From an uncultured Gammaproteobacteria bacterium (GTDB taxonomy: Bacteria > Pseudomonadota > Gammaproteobacteria > UBA9214), in assembly GCA_963827755.1 (NCBI GenBank), contig CAWHCQ010000027.1, positions 1 to 49,386 of the forward strand: DNA of 49,386 bases, in the 5' to 3' direction. Shown here piece after piece: positions 18,432-31,589 of the stretch. How positions within the stretch are numbered: position 1 is the first letter of the stretch; each line of letters begins with the position of its first letter. The position numbers and the translations under genes were made by a program. Below the pieces are notes generated by a model that was given only the letters and a program-made list of their open reading frames with translations, ran no database searches and had not been told where the DNA came from.

Positions 18432-19499
18432 ATGACGAGCCAACCGTTACGTCACTCGCGGCGCCAGCTGCGCAAGTTTCTTTCAGGATTATTTGTTCTT
18501 GCACTGACAGCCTGCGAACAGGCGCCGCAGGCGCCTGCGGACAAGGGCCAGCGCCAGCACCTGGTAGAGACCGCCACGGTGAGCAGCGATAACCTGAGCG
18601 TGGTACGTACCCGCACCGGTGTCCTGCGTGCGCAGCGTGAAGTCGAGATATTCACCCAGGAAGAAGGCCGGATCACGGAGTTGCCGTTCTACGAAGGCGA
18701 TGCGGTGAACCAGGGCGATGTGCTGGTCAGGCTCGACGACACCCTGCTGCGCGCCCAGCTGGCCCGCGCGACTTCCACACGCAAGCAGGCCAGGCAGAAC
18801 CTCACCCGCCTCGAGGGGCTGCGCGGCAAAAAGCTGGTGTCGGAGGACGAGTACACCCGCGCCGTCACCCAGCAGGAGCTTGCCGAGGCCGACGTGCGAA
18901 TACTGAACATACGTCTTGGCTATGCCACGATTCACAGCCCGATACCCGGCGTGGTCAGCGCCAGGCTCTCCGAGCCCGGAAACATCGTCGCGCTTCACGA
19001 ACACGTACTGACCATCTTCGACCCTTCCTCGCTGATGACCGAACTGCCGGTCTCCGAACTGATCCTGCCGCTGCTGCAGGTCGGGGACATCGCCCAGGTG
19101 CGCATCGATGCGCTCGGCGACAGTGTCTTCCAGGGCCATATCACCCGGTTGCATCCCAGCCTTGACCCGGTGACGCGGCGCGGCACCATCGAGGTGGAAC
19201 TCGACCAGATGCCGCCAGGTGCTGCACCGGGCCAGCTTTGCCGGATTGATCTGCTTACCCACGCCGCCCAACGGCGCGTGATTCCTTTCTCGGCGCTGCG
19301 CCGGGACGATGGCGGCGAGTATGTGTTTGTGCTCGACAGCGAAGGCAAGGCGCTGCGGGTCAATGTGCACAGCGGTCTGCGCCTGGCGGAGCAGATCGAA
19401 ATCACGCAGGGCCTGCAGGATGACCAGCAGGTGATCACCCGCGGTTTTCTCGGCCTGGTCTCCGGCAAGCCGGTCAAGGTCGTCAGCCGCGCACCCTGA
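18432..19499 (+). CDS. RND efflux periplasmic adaptor (membrane fusion protein), probable lipoprotein
   Basis: LALTAC lipobox; G.I..L...EGD.V..GD.L..LD lipoyl half-motifs; TIHSPIPGVV; directly upstream of an RND permease. Confidence 0.88.
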   Translation: MTSQPLRHSRRQLRKFLSGLFVLALTACEQAPQAPADKGQRQHLVETATVSSDNLSVVRTRTGVLRAQREVEIFTQEEGRITELPFYEGDAVNQGDVLVRLDDTLLRAQLARATSTRKQARQNLTRLEGLRGKKLVSEDEYTRAVTQQELAEADVRILNIRLGYATIHSPIPGVVSARLSEPGNIVALHEHVLTIFDPSSLMTELPVSELILPLLQVGDIAQVRIDALGDSVFQGHITRLHPSLDPVTRRGTIEVELDQMPPGAAPGQLCRIDLLTHAAQRRVIPFSALRRDDGGEYVFVLDSEGKALRVNVHSGLRLAEQIEITQGLQDDQQVITRGFLGLVSGKPVKVVSRAP

Positions 19500-19501
19500 C
19501 G

Positions 19502-22612
<3,111 letters not shown>

Positions 22613-22711
22613 TGTCCGGTCAGTGCCTGCGCCGCGCACGGCAGGCAAACACAGCACTATCACGAAGTCTGGATAGCAACGTATCTAACGGCCCTGTTAC
22701 AATCCAAAATA

Positions 22712-23125
22712 GGCTCTTCCCCTGATTGAGTGGGTAACACATCAATTTAGACGAGACGCATTCCTTCTGACGGCAAGGTTGTTGGCCGTATGAATTTGGC
22801 CCTGCCGTAGGGTCGAATTCATTCGACCAGCGGTGTGTCCCATAGCGCCCTGTAGGGTCGAATTCATTCGACCAGCGGTGTTTGATCGTCATCACACATC
22901 CAAAGGTGATGACCGCGGGTAACCGTGGTGATGCAATAGACTTGATGGTGCAGGGAATGACACCTCCTGCGCAATGCGTCGTAGGCCGGTTGGCCGAATG
23001 AATTCGGCCCTACAAATGCGACACAGGACATGGTGACCTGCTTGTCTCAAATGGAAATAATGGCTGTTGGCCGAATGAATTCGGCCCTACAACGATAATC
23101 TACCCACTCGATTTGGGGAAGAGCC
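22712..23125. mobile_element. Non-autonomous MITE (414 bp) with ~25-bp terminal inverted repeats, 8-bp target-site duplication and internal REP palindromes
   Basis: Left end GGCTCTTCCCCTGATTGAGTGGGTA; right end (reverse complement) GGCTCTTCCCCAAATCGAGTGGGTA; flanked by CCAAAATA at 22704-22711 and 23126-23133; no transposase ORF. Confidence 0.85.
22784..23090. repeat. Five GTAG-type REP palindromes (GTAG-GGYCGAAT-TC-ATTCGRCC)
   Basis: Units at 22807-22828 and 22852-22873 (+), 22992-23013 and 23069-23090 (-), and a degenerate one at 22784-22805 (-). Confidence 0.85.
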
Positions 23126-23173
23126 CCAAAATATTTTCTTCCGGCAATGGTAGTTGTAGACAAGGAGCGCGTA

Positions 23174-24229
23174 ATGAGCAGAGGTATTCAATCGGTGACA
23201 TGGCTGGTCGCGCTGTTGTCTGCGTATCCGCTGACAGCCGGCGCCATCGATCTCGAGACGGCCGGCGTCGAGTACGTCAGCGTCCCCGATGAAATCCGGC
23301 TGGAGGGTCTTGTCGAGGCGGTCAACCAGGCGACAGTGTCGGCGCAGACTTCCGGGCGGGTTACCGAAATACGCTTTGACATCGATGACTTCGTGCCAAG
23401 GGGCGAGGTGATTGTGCGCCTCAGCGATACCGAGCAGCAGGCGCGCCTGACAAAAGCCAGGAGCGGTTTGCAGGAGGTTCAGGCCCGCTATGACAATGCC
23501 GTGATCGACCTGCGCCGCAAGCAGGCCCTGCTCGAGAAGGAGGCCGTAAGCAGGGCCGCTGTCGATACCGCCAATGCCGAGTTCAAGGCCGCAAAGGCAG
23601 CCCTGGCCGCCGCACGTGCGCAACAGGCCGAATCCGGCGAGCAGCTCGAGCAAACCGTCATCCGCTCACCTTACAGCGGCATTGTCGTCGAGCGCCACGT
23701 CGAGACCGGAGAACTGGTGCAACCCGGCAGCCCGCTGATGACCGGGCTGTCGCTGGATTCACTGCGAGTGACGACACAGGTCCCGGAAAGTCTGATCAGT
23801 ACCCTGCGCCGCAATCAATCTGCCAGCGTGATCCTGCCGGGGGCTGCGGGTGCTCATGTTGCTGCCGACAAGCTCACCCTGTCACCGCGCGCCGATGCCG
23901 CGACGCACACCTTCGAGATGCGCTTGCAATTGCCGGCACTCGATGAACCGCTGTACCCGGGCATGTCGGTCAAGGTGGCGGTTGCCACCGGCGAGAGGGA
24001 ACGGTTGCTGGTGCCGGTAAAGGCAATTGTGTATCGCAGCGAGGTGGCCGGTGTCTATGTCATCGATGATCGCGGTGTGCACTTTCGCCAGGTGCGTCCG
24101 GGGCGACGTTATGCCGGGGATCGCCAGGAAATACTGGCGGGTGTCTCGGCCGGGGAGCGGGTTGCCCTCGATCCGGTACGTGCGGCAATCCTGCTGAAGA
24201 GCGAACAGCCCGGTCAATCCCGTGAGTGA
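23174..24229 (+). CDS. RND efflux periplasmic adaptor (membrane fusion protein)
   Basis: Signal peptide; ATVSAQTSGRV, IRSPYSGIVVERHVETGELVQPG. Start at ATG 23174 after AAGGAG (ORF opens at 23147). Confidence 0.87.
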   Translation: MSRGIQSVTWLVALLSAYPLTAGAIDLETAGVEYVSVPDEIRLEGLVEAVNQATVSAQTSGRVTEIRFDIDDFVPRGEVIVRLSDTEQQARLTKARSGLQEVQARYDNAVIDLRRKQALLEKEAVSRAAVDTANAEFKAAKAALAAARAQQAESGEQLEQTVIRSPYSGIVVERHVETGELVQPGSPLMTGLSLDSLRVTTQVPESLISTLRRNQSASVILPGAAGAHVAADKLTLSPRADAATHTFEMRLQLPALDEPLYPGMSVKVAVATGERERLLVPVKAIVYRSEVAGVYVIDDRGVHFRQVRPGRRYAGDRQEILAGVSAGERVALDPVRAAILLKSEQPGQSRE

Positions 24230-27200
24230 TGGCCTGGGTTTTTCGGGCAGCCTCGCGCGTCGCTTCCTGCAGAGCGAGATTACACCGTTGCTGGCACTGG
24301 TCGGCATCCTGCTGGGTGCCTTTGCACTGGCGGTAACGCCGCGTGAGGAAGAGCCGCAAATCAACGTCACCTTCGCGAACGTGTTCATCCCGTATCCCGG
24401 TGCCAGCGCGCGTGAAGTCGAACAACTGGTGACGACATCCGCGGAGCAGGTGCTGTCGGAAATCGAGGGCGTCAAGCACATCTATTCCGAGTCGCGTCGC
24501 GGCATGGCGGCACTGACCGTGGAATTCCAGGTCGGCGAACCGCGCACTGACGCGATCGTGCGGCTCTATAATGCCGTTTACTCAAACCAGGACTGGTTGC
24601 CGCCCGATGCCGGTATCGGGCAACCGATCGTCAAGCCCAAGGGCATCGATGACGTGCCGATTGTCACCCTGACACTGTGGACCGATGATACGTCGCGCGG
24701 GGGTTACGAGCTCACGCGGGTTGCACATGCACTGGAGGCCGAGCTCAAGCGCGTTGCCGGTACCCGTGATGTCTATACCATCGGCGGCGTGCAGCGCGTG
24801 GTCCGCGTGCAGCTCGACCCGGCACGGCTGGCGGCACACGGTATTGCGCTGGATGACCTGCGCGCGGCACTTGGCAGTGCCAATACCTCGGCTGATGCCG
24901 GTGAACTGGTCAGGGACAACCGCGAGATACCGGTGCAGGCCGGTACCTTCCTCGTCGAGCCGGATGAGATCGGCGAACTCGTCGTGAGCATCCACGAGGG
25001 CCGCCCCGTTTACCTGCGTGACGTCGCCGACATCCGGTTTGGCGCGGACACGCCGGAAACATATGTCTGGCTGGGTACCGGTGCGGCGGCCACCGCGCAG
25101 GATTATGCGGCTATGGGCGAGTTTCCCGCGGTCACACTGGTCGTCGCGAAAAAACCCGGCACCAACGCCGTGGCCATTGCAGAGCAGGTAATCGAACGCT
25201 TCGAATCGCTGCGAGGCATCTTCGTGCCTGAAGGCGTGCATGCGACGGTGACGCGTAATTACGGGGCCACGGCCGACCAGAAAGCGAAGACCCTGATCAA
25301 GAAACTGGTGTTTGCGACCGCCTCGGTCGTCGCGCTGGTGCTGTTCGCGCTCGGCTGGCGCGAGGCAATCGTCGTCGGTACGGCGGTGGTGGTTACCCTG
25401 GCGTTTACGCTGTTTGCGTCCTGGGCGTGGGGTTTTACCCTTAACCGTGTTTCCCTGTTTGCGCTGATTTTTTCAATCGGCATCCTTGTTGATGATGCAA
25501 TCGTGGTGGTGGAAAACATCCACCGTCACATGCAGCTGGGCGGCAGGCACTTTGTTGAATCGATCCCGCTGGCCGTTGACGAAGTGGGCGGCCCGACCAT
25601 CCTCGCGACCCTGACCGTGATTGCCGCACTGCTGCCGATGGCCTTCGTCACCGGGCTGATGGGACCATACATGAGCCCCATCCCGATCAATGCCAGTCTC
25701 GGCATGCTGATTTCCCTGCTGGTTGCCCTGGTGATCACGCCGTGGCTGGCGGCGAAACTGCTGCGTCACGACGCCCACCTCGACGAGACGGCCGGCGGGC
25801 GCCTGCAGGTCGTGCTTGAAACCCTGATGCAGCCGTTCCTGCGTGCATCCGCCGGGCGGCCGGCGCGCTGGCTGCTGGCAACCGGCCTGGTCGTATTGAT
25901 TATCGCCTCGATGGGACTGGCCGCAGGGAAACTGGTGGTGCTGAAGATGCTGCCGTTCGACAACAAGTCGGAGCTGCAGGTGGTGCTCGACATGCCGGAA
26001 GGCAGCAGCCTTGAACAGACCACGCGCCTGCTGGGCGAGATGGGGCGCTATCTCGCAGCTGTGCCGGAGGTCATTGATTACCAGGTCTACGCCGGCACCG
26101 CCGGACCGATCAGCTTCAACGGCCTGGTGCGCCAGTATGACCTGCGCAGCGCGCCGAACCTGGGTGATATCCAGGTGAACCTCGTCGACAAGCACGACCG
26201 GGACCGCAACAGCCATGATATCGCGCGTGCCATCCGTGCGCCGCTGCAGGCGCTGGCGCGTCCCTGGGAAGCGAGTGTCAGGATTGTCGAGGTGCCGCCG
26301 GGGCCGCCGGTGCTGGCGCCGCTGGTCGCGGAAATCTACGGTCTCGATTATGCCGGGCAACTGGAGGTCGCGCGCCAGGTGCGCTCGGTGTTCGAGGCAA
26401 CAGAGGATATCGTCGACGTCGACGACAGTGTCGAGGCCAGCGCACCGCAATGGATCGTTCACGTCGACCGTGAAAGGGCCGCGTTGCACGGCATCAGCCA
26501 GCAGACGGTAAGTGCTGCGCTTGCCACCGCGATTGGCGGCAGTGACAGCAGTTACCTGCACCGTGAAGATGCCAGGTACGCGATTCCCGTGCGCCTGCAA
26601 TTACCGGCAAGCGAGCGTTCCGGACTCGAATTCGCCCTGGCACTCAGGCTGCGCGCGGCCGATGGCGCGCTGGTGCCGGTGTCCGAACTGGTCAGCGTCG
26701 AGCGCTCCACGCGCGAGCAGGCCATCCACCACAAGGACCTGTTGCCGGTTGTCTACGTGACCAGCGACATGGCCGGCCCGCTCGACAGTCCCCTCTACGG
26801 CATGCGGCGCATCGCCGAAAAACTCGCCGAGGCGGGGGTACCGGCTGCGACCGATCTCGGGCAGTTCCTTGTCAGTGCGCCGGACAATCCCTACCGCTAT
26901 TCCCTCAAGTGGGACGGCGAGTGGCAGACCACCTACGAGACCTTTCGCGACATGGGTATCGCCTACACGGTCGGCCTGCTGCTGATCTACCTGCTGGTCG
27001 TCGTCCAGTTCCGCTCCTACCTGGTGCCGTTGATTATCATGATCCCGATTCCGCTGACAGTGATTGGCGTCATGCCGGGGCATGCCCTGCTGGGGGCACA
27101 GTTCACCGCGACCTCGATGATCGGCATGATCGCGCTGGCCGGGATAATCGTACGCAATTCGATTCTGCTGGTGGATTTCATCAACGAGGAGCTGCGTTCC

Positions 27201-27452
27201 GGTACGCCGTTTGACCGGGCGGTGATCCGTGCCGGCGTGGCGCGCACCAAACCCATAGTACTGACCGCGCTGGCCGCCATCCTCGGTGGTTTCTTCATTC
27301 TCGATGATCCGATCTTCAACGGCCTGGCGATTGCGCTTATCTTCGGCCTGCTGGTGTCGACCTTGCTGACACTGGTGGTCATCCCTGTGATGTACTACGC
27401 TTTTATGTACCAGCGTATCGAGCAGCGACCCGCTGCAGCGAGGCAGGCATGA
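24222..27452 (+). CDS. RND efflux permease (AcrB family, TPREEEPQI subtype)
   Basis: 1076 aa; TPREEEPQI, GILVDDAIVVVENI, KMLPFDNKSE, GIIVRNSILLVDF; overlaps the MFP stop. Confidence 0.92.
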   Translation: MSDGLGFSGSLARRFLQSEITPLLALVGILLGAFALAVTPREEEPQINVTFANVFIPYPGASAREVEQLVTTSAEQVLSEIEGVKHIYSESRRGMAALTVEFQVGEPRTDAIVRLYNAVYSNQDWLPPDAGIGQPIVKPKGIDDVPIVTLTLWTDDTSRGGYELTRVAHALEAELKRVAGTRDVYTIGGVQRVVRVQLDPARLAAHGIALDDLRAALGSANTSADAGELVRDNREIPVQAGTFLVEPDEIGELVVSIHEGRPVYLRDVADIRFGADTPETYVWLGTGAAATAQDYAAMGEFPAVTLVVAKKPGTNAVAIAEQVIERFESLRGIFVPEGVHATVTRNYGATADQKAKTLIKKLVFATASVVALVLFALGWREAIVVGTAVVVTLAFTLFASWAWGFTLNRVSLFALIFSIGILVDDAIVVVENIHRHMQLGGRHFVESIPLAVDEVGGPTILATLTVIAALLPMAFVTGLMGPYMSPIPINASLGMLISLLVALVITPWLAAKLLRHDAHLDETAGGRLQVVLETLMQPFLRASAGRPARWLLATGLVVLIIASMGLAAGKLVVLKMLPFDNKSELQVVLDMPEGSSLEQTTRLLGEMGRYLAAVPEVIDYQVYAGTAGPISFNGLVRQYDLRSAPNLGDIQVNLVDKHDRDRNSHDIARAIRAPLQALARPWEASVRIVEVPPGPPVLAPLVAEIYGLDYAGQLEVARQVRSVFEATEDIVDVDDSVEASAPQWIVHVDRERAALHGISQQTVSAALATAIGGSDSSYLHREDARYAIPVRLQLPASERSGLEFALALRLRAADGALVPVSELVSVERSTREQAIHHKDLLPVVYVTSDMAGPLDSPLYGMRRIAEKLAEAGVPAATDLGQFLVSAPDNPYRYSLKWDGEWQTTYETFRDMGIAYTVGLLLIYLLVVVQFRSYLVPLIIMIPIPLTVIGVMPGHALLGAQFTATSMIGMIALAGIIVRNSILLVDFINEELRSGTPFDRAVIRAGVARTKPIVLTALAAILGGFFILDDPIFNGLAIALIFGLLVSTLLTLVVIPVMYYAFMYQRIEQRPAAARQA

Positions 27453-27548
27453 GGTTTCACATACGCATGGCCTGTATATTGATGTGTGTCAACGACAGGC
27501 TCCGTGCAATCAGTTACAAATAAAGCCGGTTTACAGGTAAGTATTCAC

Positions 27549-28643
27549 ATGACAGAGCGCGATCGATATACCGTTGATACAAAATACTGGCACAAGCTCG
27601 ATGACGGGCGGGTGCAGTGTGACCTGTGTCCGCGTTTCTGCAAGCTGCACGCCGGCCAGCGCGGCCTGTGTTTTGTGCGCGAGAACCTCGACGACCGGAT
27701 TGTTCTGACCACCTACGGGCGTTCCAGCGGATACTGCATCGACCCGATCGAAAAGAAGCCGCTGAACCACTTTTTGCCCGGCACACCGGTGCTGTCTTTC
27801 GGCACGGCGGGCTGCAACCTGGCCTGCAAATTCTGCCAGAACTGGGATATCAGCAAGTCGCGGGAAATCCATACCCTGACCGACGAGGCCTCCCCGGAAC
27901 TGATTGCCACTGCCGCGCAGAAACTCGACTGCAAGAGCGTCGCCTATACCTATAACGACCCGGTGATTTTTCACGAATATGCGATCGATGTGGCAAAAGC
28001 CTGCCATGAGAAAGGCATCAAGTCGGTCGCCGTCACGGCGGGTTATGTCTGCCCGGAGCCGCGCCGGGAGTTCTACCGGTACATGGATGCCGCCAATGTC
28101 GACCTCAAGGCATTTACGGAGGATTTCTATCACAAGATCACCGGTTCACACCTGGCGCCGGTGCTGGAAACCCTGGAATACATCAGGCACGAAACCGATA
28201 CCTGGCTCGAGCTGACCACGCTGCTGATACCCGGCAAGAACGATTCGGCCAGTGAAATCGAGGCCATGAGCCAGTGGGTGGTGGAAAAGCTGGGGCCGGA
28301 TGTGCCCATGCATTTTTCCGCCTTTCATCCCGACTGGAAGATGCTGGATGTGCCGTCGACGCCGAAGGATACCCTGGTACGCGCCCGCGAGATCGCCATG
28401 AAAAACGGAGTGCGTTACGCCTACACCGGCAACGTCCACAACGCGGCGGGCGACAGCACCTACTGTCACCAGTGCGGCGAGACGCTGATCGGCCGTGACT
28501 GGTACGTACTGACGGACTGGAAACTGACCGCCGATGGGAAATGCGCATCCTGCGGGACGGCCTGTGCCGGTGTATTCGAGGCGAGCCCCGGCAACTGGGG
28601 AGCAAAACGCCAGCCGGTCAGGTTGCGTGACTTTGCGGCCTGA
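27549..28643 (+). CDS. amrS: AmmeMemoRadiSam-system radical SAM enzyme (PflA-like)
   Basis: N-terminal CDLCPRFC...G.CFVR, DPIEKKPLNHF.PG, GCNLACKFCQNWDIS (CxxxCxxC), AYTYNDP, C-terminal C..C...C..C. Confidence 0.88.
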   Translation: MTERDRYTVDTKYWHKLDDGRVQCDLCPRFCKLHAGQRGLCFVRENLDDRIVLTTYGRSSGYCIDPIEKKPLNHFLPGTPVLSFGTAGCNLACKFCQNWDISKSREIHTLTDEASPELIATAAQKLDCKSVAYTYNDPVIFHEYAIDVAKACHEKGIKSVAVTAGYVCPEPRREFYRYMDAANVDLKAFTEDFYHKITGSHLAPVLETLEYIRHETDTWLELTTLLIPGKNDSASEIEAMSQWVVEKLGPDVPMHFSAFHPDWKMLDVPSTPKDTLVRAREIAMKNGVRYAYTGNVHNAAGDSTYCHQCGETLIGRDWYVLTDWKLTADGKCASCGTACAGVFEASPGNWGAKRQPVRLRDFAA

Positions 28644-28691
28644 ACGAACGCCTGCCGGCGGCGTGCGGTAAGAAGGCGCCCGGAACGGCGG

Positions 28692-29960
28692 ATGGAAAAC
28701 CCCGGCGACTTCGATATCAGGGATCCTGCGCTGGCGGAGGAGGGCCGCAAGCGCGTCGAGTGGGCGTGGCAGGAGATGCCCGTGTTACGCGAGCTCGAGG
28801 CACGCTTTCGCGAGACGCAACCCCTGCGCGGCATTCATCTCGGCGGCTGCCTGCACATCACCACGGAAACCGCCAACCTGGCCCGTACCCTCAAGGCGGC
28901 CGGTGCGAAGGTCGTGCTCTGCGCCAGCAACCCCCTCAGCACCCAGGATGACGTCGCTGCCGCACTGGTGGAGCACTATGGTGTTCCCGTGTTCGCGGTG
29001 CGCGGCGAATCGACCGAGCGTTACTACCGGCATATCGATGCAGTGCTGGATCACCAGCCTGTAATCACCATGGACGACGGTGCAGATCTTGTCAGCCGCA
29101 TACACCAGTCGCGCCCCGGCCTGATCGGCAACATGCTGGGCGGCACCGAGGAAACCACCACGGGCGTCATCCGGCTGCGCGCCATGGCCGCCGAGGGTGC
29201 ACTGCGCTTCCCGGTGATCGCGGTCAACGACGCCATGACCAAGCATCTTTTCGACAACCGCTACGGTACCGGCCAGAGCGCGCTGGACGGCGTGATCCGC
29301 GCCACCAATATCCTGATCGCCGGCAAGACCTTTACCGTGGTCGGCTATGGCTGGTGTGGCCGCGGCATTGCGATGCGCGCCAAGGGGCACGGCGCCAGTG
29401 TCGTCGTCACCGAGGTCGATCCCCTGCACGCGCTCGAGGCCGCCATGGACGGATTTCGTGTCATGCCGCTGCTGGAGGCGGCGGCACTGTCCGATTTCAT
29501 TGTCACGGCGACCGGCGACAAGCACGTCGTCGACAAGCCCCATCTCGAGGTCATGAAAGACGGCTGCGTGCTCGCGAATTCCGGTCACTTCAATGTCGAG
29601 ATCAATATTCCCGCGCTGGAGGCGATGGCGAGCGCCAAACAGCGGCCGCGCCCGTCCGTCGATGAATACCGGCTTGCCGACGGGCGGCGGATTTGCCTGC
29701 TGGCGGAAGGCCGGCTGGTCAATCTTGCCGCTGCCGAAGGGCACCCCTCCGCCGTCATGGACATGAGTTTCGCCAACCAGGTTCTGTGTGCAGTGCACCT
29801 GGCGACTCAGGCACAGCAGCTGGATAACAGCGTCCATGGTGTTCCGGCAGACATCGACCGGGAGGTGGCGCGTCTTAAACTGGCGGCGATGAATGTCTGC
29901 ATAGATAGCCTGACCGAAGAGCAGCTGCGCTATCTCTCCTCCTGGCAGGAAGGCACCTGA
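28692..29960 (+). CDS. ahcY: Adenosylhomocysteinase (short type)
   Basis: [67 protein letters not shown]. Confidence 0.93.
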   Translation: MENPGDFDIRDPALAEEGRKRVEWAWQEMPVLRELEARFRETQPLRGIHLGGCLHITTETANLARTLKAAGAKVVLCASNPLSTQDDVAAALVEHYGVPVFAVRGESTERYYRHIDAVLDHQPVITMDDGADLVSRIHQSRPGLIGNMLGGTEETTTGVIRLRAMAAEGALRFPVIAVNDAMTKHLFDNRYGTGQSALDGVIRATNILIAGKTFTVVGYGWCGRGIAMRAKGHGASVVVTEVDPLHALEAAMDGFRVMPLLEAAALSDFIVTATGDKHVVDKPHLEVMKDGCVLANSGHFNVEINIPALEAMASAKQRPRPSVDEYRLADGRRICLLAEGRLVNLAAAEGHPSAVMDMSFANQVLCAVHLATQAQQLDNSVHGVPADIDREVARLKLAAMNVCIDSLTEEQLRYLSSWQEGT

Positions 29961-29961
29961 G

Positions 29962-30633
29962 GTGAACAAGAACCTGCAGGACATGCTCGATGACATCGAC
30001 GCCGAGGTGCGCTATACGCGCAACATGATCGGCAAGGACGCACTCGATGCGCGGGTCATGCAGGCCATGCGCAACGTACCGCGTGAGGAATTTGTACCGC
30101 CGGACATGAAGTTTGACGCCTTTGAAAACGGCCCACTGCCCATCGGCCACGGCCAGACCATCTCCCAGCCCTACATTGTTGCCCTGATGACGGATATGGT
30201 GGCGCCCGAGCCGGAGCACAGCATCCTCGAGATCGGCACCGGTTCCGGCTACCAGACGGCCATACTCTCGCAGTTGTGCAGCAGGGTGTACTCGGTTGAA
30301 GTTGTTGCAGAACTGGGTGCCGCTGCCGCAGCCATCTTCAACAGACTGGGCTACGACAACATCGAAACCCGTATCGGCGACGGCTACCGTGGCTGGCCCG
30401 AACACGCGCCGTATGACGGCATCATCGTGACGGCCGCTGCCACGCATATCCCCGAGGCACTTATCGAGCAGCTCAAGCCGGGTGGCAGGATGGCCATTCC
30501 CGTGGGACAGCCCTACAGTTACCAGGAACTGATGCTGGTCAGAAAAGACGGGCAGGGCAAAACGCACACCCAAAGCGTGCTCGGTGTTGCCTTTGTTCCG
30601 CTGGTGGGCGGGGAGGGTGCCAGCACGATTTAG
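29962..30633 (+). CDS. pcm: Protein-L-isoaspartate(D-aspartate) O-methyltransferase
   Basis: VPREEFVP, LPIGHGQTISQPYIVALM, LEIGTGSGYQTA, GDGY.GWPEHAPYD.I.VTAA, FVPL. Confidence 0.93.
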   Translation: MNKNLQDMLDDIDAEVRYTRNMIGKDALDARVMQAMRNVPREEFVPPDMKFDAFENGPLPIGHGQTISQPYIVALMTDMVAPEPEHSILEIGTGSGYQTAILSQLCSRVYSVEVVAELGAAAAAIFNRLGYDNIETRIGDGYRGWPEHAPYDGIIVTAAATHIPEALIEQLKPGGRMAIPVGQPYSYQELMLVRKDGQGKTHTQSVLGVAFVPLVGGEGASTI

Positions 30634-30788
30634 GATAGAAAGGGTTTATTACATGGAACCGGCTGAACGCGGGAAGACCCGGCGCTTATCGGGTAGTATT
30701 TACGCATTCACCACCCGCAGCATGCCGGGTGAGCACTGATGCAGTATTCTACGGCAAGAGGATCAGGAGCCTTCCTGCAAAACATCTT

Positions 30789-31589
30789 ATGACAAGCCCC
30801 GTTGCAACCGCCAGGCCTTTATTGACCGTCCACCAGGGCAGTGAGCCGGTACTGGTTACGGCCATTCATGCCGGTCACGAAATGCGGCTTGAACTGCAGC
30901 AGATCCTGCAGCTGGATGAAGTCTCACGTTTACGCGAAGAAGACCCCTTTACCGACGCATGGATATGTATTACGGATAACTACATCGTGCCGCAAAGATC
31001 CCGCTTCGAGGTCGATCTAAACCGGCCGCGTGATGAAGCTGTTTATCAGTCAGCCGGAGATGCCTGGGGGCTGGATATCTGGAAGACGCCGCTGACCGAA
31101 GCCATGGTCAAGCACTCGCTTGCCGAATATGACATGTTCTATCAACAGTTGCGCAGCTTGCTGGATGATATGCAGGATCGATATGGCCGCCTTGTTATCT
31201 ATGACCTGCATACCTATAACTATCGTCGCGAGGGCGCCGATGCACCACCGGCCGATGCTGCGGAGAACCCGGACGTGAATGTAGGTACAGGTACCATGGA
31301 CCGGACATACTGGGCGCCGGTAGTGGAAAGCTTTATCGAGCAGCTGGAATCATTCAACTATCCTGGCGGGAATCTCGATGTCAGGGAAAACGTCAAGTTC
31401 AAGGGCCGCGCCTTTGCGCAATGGGTGCACGATAATTATCCGCAGTCAGCCTGTGTCCTGTCGATCGAAATCAAGAAGTTTTTTATGGACGAGTGGAGTG
31501 GCATGGGTGACCCGGTAAAGATACAGGCCCTCCGCCAGGCGCTTGCAAGTACCCTGCCCGGTGTCAAGCAGGCATTGAGCAGCTTGTGA
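30789..31589 (+). CDS. N-formylglutamate amidohydrolase family protein
   Basis: TAIHAGH, REEDPFTD, SRFEVDLNR, DLHTYN, ENVKFKG, SIEIKKFFMDEW (Zn-hydrolase fold). Confidence 0.85.
   Translation: MTSPVATARPLLTVHQGSEPVLVTAIHAGHEMRLELQQILQLDEVSRLREEDPFTDAWICITDNYIVPQRSRFEVDLNRPRDEAVYQSAGDAWGLDIWKTPLTEAMVKHSLAEYDMFYQQLRSLLDDMQDRYGRLVIYDLHTYNYRREGADAPPADAAENPDVNVGTGTMDRTYWAPVVESFIEQLESFNYPGGNLDVRENVKFKGRAFAQWVHDNYPQSACVLSIEIKKFFMDEWSGMGDPVKIQALRQALASTLPGVKQALSSL

Noticed and set aside
22784-23090. Possible CRISPR array (palindromic ~22-29 bp repeats)
   Set aside because: Repeats occur in both orientations with irregular spacing, carry GTAG tails typical of REPs, lie within TIRs, and no cas genes are present.
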